Part shown: one piece after another, positions 54,599 to 56,246 of the stretch
Layout: every line of letters begins with the position of its first letter
Position numbering within the stretch: position 1 is the stretch's first letter
Origin: a virus
Lineage: Duplodnaviria > Caudoviricetes
IMG/VR virus record: IMGVR_UViG_3300015164_000001
Coordinates: 1-56,246 of that record
Length of the DNA: 56,246 nucleotides
Direction: 5' to 3' (one strand)
The notes under the pieces: model-generated
The model's database searches: none
What the model saw: only the letters and a program-made list of their open reading frames with translations
What the model was told of the DNA's origin: nothing
Made by a program: the position numbers and the translations under genes

Positions 54599-54970
54599 AT
54601 GCCTGAACTGGTCTATGGCTTTGACATCGACGGGACCATTACCGCCGCGCCCGAGGCCATGCGCGAACTGATGGCGGCGCTCATCGAAGCGGGGCACCAT
54701 GTGGCCGTGCTCACCGGCAGCATGGGGCACGTCGGCCCCGACACTGACCACCGGGACAAGCGCACCACGCAGTTAGAGGCGCTGGGCATCCACGGAGGGA
54801 CGCACTACGACTCGCTGTCGTGCTATGGCGATGGACCAGACGCGGTAGCGAAGGAGAAGGCCGCGGAGGCCGGACGAACGGGGATGGCGATGATGTTCGA
54901 GGACTCACTGCAATACGCGCTCCATATCGCCGCGCATTGTCCCGTGATGGTGATGTATCCCCGTGGCTGA
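54599..54970 (+). CDS. HAD-superfamily phosphatase (PNK 3'-phosphatase-like)
   Basis: FDIDGT motif I, LTG motif II, K, FEDS; TACGCT at 54585. Confidence 0.75.
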   Translation: MPELVYGFDIDGTITAAPEAMRELMAALIEAGHHVAVLTGSMGHVGPDTDHRDKRTTQLEALGIHGGTHYDSLSCYGDGPDAVAKEKAAEAGRTGMAMMFEDSLQYALHIAAHCPVMVMYPRG

Positions 54971-56246
54971 GTCGATCAGCATCCCGAGCGCCGTCGCGGC
55001 CACGGTCACCGCGGCCCTGACCGCGCGCCACGAACGCCAAGGCATTGCCGGGATGACCCGCACTGCCGCCCTGACTGCGGTGGAGTTGGCCCAGTCCCCG
55101 ATCACCTCGCCCGAGGTCGTGCGCCGCGTGGCCGACTGGCACGCGCGCCACCCCGACGCCATCGCCCCCGATGGCCGCTCGACATTGCTCGGAGGGGTGT
55201 GGGGCGGACGCGCGGGACGGGATTGGGCGATGGAGATGGCGGGGCGGATGGCTGCGGTCGCGCCGGCGAAGCCCGACGCACCGATAGCCTCTGGGCTCGC
55301 AATCGTGGCCGCCGACACGGGGCGCGTGCTCCTGCTGCAACGGGCGCTCGATCCGACCGACCCCGCCAGCGGCAAGTGGGAGTTCCCGGGCGGGCATGTA
55401 GACCCCGGTGAGGGCGCGCTAGAGGCCGCCCAGCGCGAGTTCGCCGAGGAGGTCGGCAAGCCGCCACCGGGCAAACTGGCGGGCGACTGGTTCAGCCCGA
55501 ACGGCGTCTATCACGGCTTCATCTTCGTGGCGCCGACCGAGGCCGAGGTCGACTGCAACATCGACCACGAGGACCGCCACGTCCTGAACCCCGACGACCC
55601 GGACGGCGACTGCATCGAGGTCGTGGCGTGGTGGGCGGTGGATGATGCGCGCGACAACCCCGTCATGCGCGCCGAGATGAGCAGCACGCCATGGGATCAA
55701 CTGAAGGCGGTCGGCGATGCGAAGGTGGCATCGCTGCCGGCGACCTCGACCTGCGAATACTGCTCGCAGCCCGCGACCAAGGCTCTACTTCACGCTGAGG
55801 GTATGGCGTATGTCCCCGTCTGCGATGCACACGAGGCGAAGGGCAAGGCGGCCATCGGTGCCGACGAGTTGTCGGGCACGCGGCCGTTCACCGGCGCCGT
55901 ATCCGAGCCGCTGGACATCATTCGCACGATCCCCGGCAACCAGAAGCGCCCGAAGCTCCAGCGCCTCTCCAAGCGCCTGAACCGCATCGATGCCGACCTG
56001 CGATCCAAGCTCCGCGCCGGCGCCGAGGTGGCCATGGCCGACGGACTACGGCGAGCGGGGGTGAAGGTAACCCAACGGGCCCAGAAGCGGTCCAAGGCCG
56101 TGCAGGCGAGCGTGGGCGCGTGCGACGGCCACTACCCGCCCGGAGTCCTAGCCGCGGCGGGGATCACCGAGCAGGAAGCCCTGGCCTACGCGTTCGACAC
56201 CTACGGCGAGAAGGCGGACCGCTGGATCACCGCGGCGAACGGCCAG
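54963..56246 (+). CDS. Nudix-domain MuF/minor-head-like protein (runs off the window; missing from the ORF track)
   Basis: Open from GTG 54963 to the end; complete Nudix box GHVDPGEGALEAAQREFAEEVG; WGG.AG..WA N-terminal module; downstream of portal. Confidence 0.8.
   Translation, partial: MAESISIPSAVAATVTAALTARHERQGIAGMTRTAALTAVELAQSPITSPEVVRRVADWHARHPDAIAPDGRSTLLGGVWGGRAGRDWAMEMAGRMAAVAPAKPDAPIASGLAIVAADTGRVLLLQRALDPTDPASGKWEFPGGHVDPGEGALEAAQREFAEEVGKPPPGKLAGDWFSPNGVYHGFIFVAPTEAEVDCNIDHEDRHVLNPDDPDGDCIEVVAWWAVDDARDNPVMRAEMSSTPWDQLKAVGDAKVASLPATSTCEYCSQPATKALLHAEGMAYVPVCDAHEAKGKAAIGADELSGTRPFTGAVSEPLDIIRTIPGNQKRPKLQRLSKRLNRIDADLRSKLRAGAEVAMADGLRRAGVKVTQRAQKRSKAVQASVGACDGHYPPGVLAAAGITEQEALAYAFDTYGEKADRWITAANGQ

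Noticed and set aside
1-56246. tRNA genes, attP core, immunity repressor, stop-codon recoding
   Set aside because: No cloverleaf, att core or CI-like gene recognised by eye; TAG, TGA and TAA all end well-supported genes

Overview
The window is most of a GC-rich tailed (siphovirus-like) phage or prophage genome, almost certainly infecting an actinobacterium (WhiB, Rpf-like transglycosylase, DUF1906-type lysin, leaderless promoters). All credible genes are on the + strand, and the window cuts the genome inside the head module. Gene order: RtcB, head protease-like gene, glycosylation cluster, two capsid proteins, duplicated tail tube genes, beta-helical fibre, tyrosine recombinase, neck/tail genes, lysis cassette, early/recombination/replication genes, two DNA methyltransferases, terminase, portal, HAD phosphatase and an unterminated Nudix/MuF-like ORF. 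Non-routine signals: (1) a duplicated unit of a small Zn-finger-like gene plus a ~350-nt structured RNA with compensatory base changes between copies; (2) an array of unrelated small ORFs joined by a conserved ~25-bp junction repeat with an inverted-arm core; (3) a 144-nt structured RNA immediately after rtcB; (4) eight copies of a 17-bp leaderless promoter/operator motif; (5) a frameshifted C5 methyltransferase with an overlapping LPTP-repeat ORF; (6) a recombination scar fusing a lysin start to a tail-fibre end. All family assignments are from motif recognition by eye; no database searches or folding programs were run.
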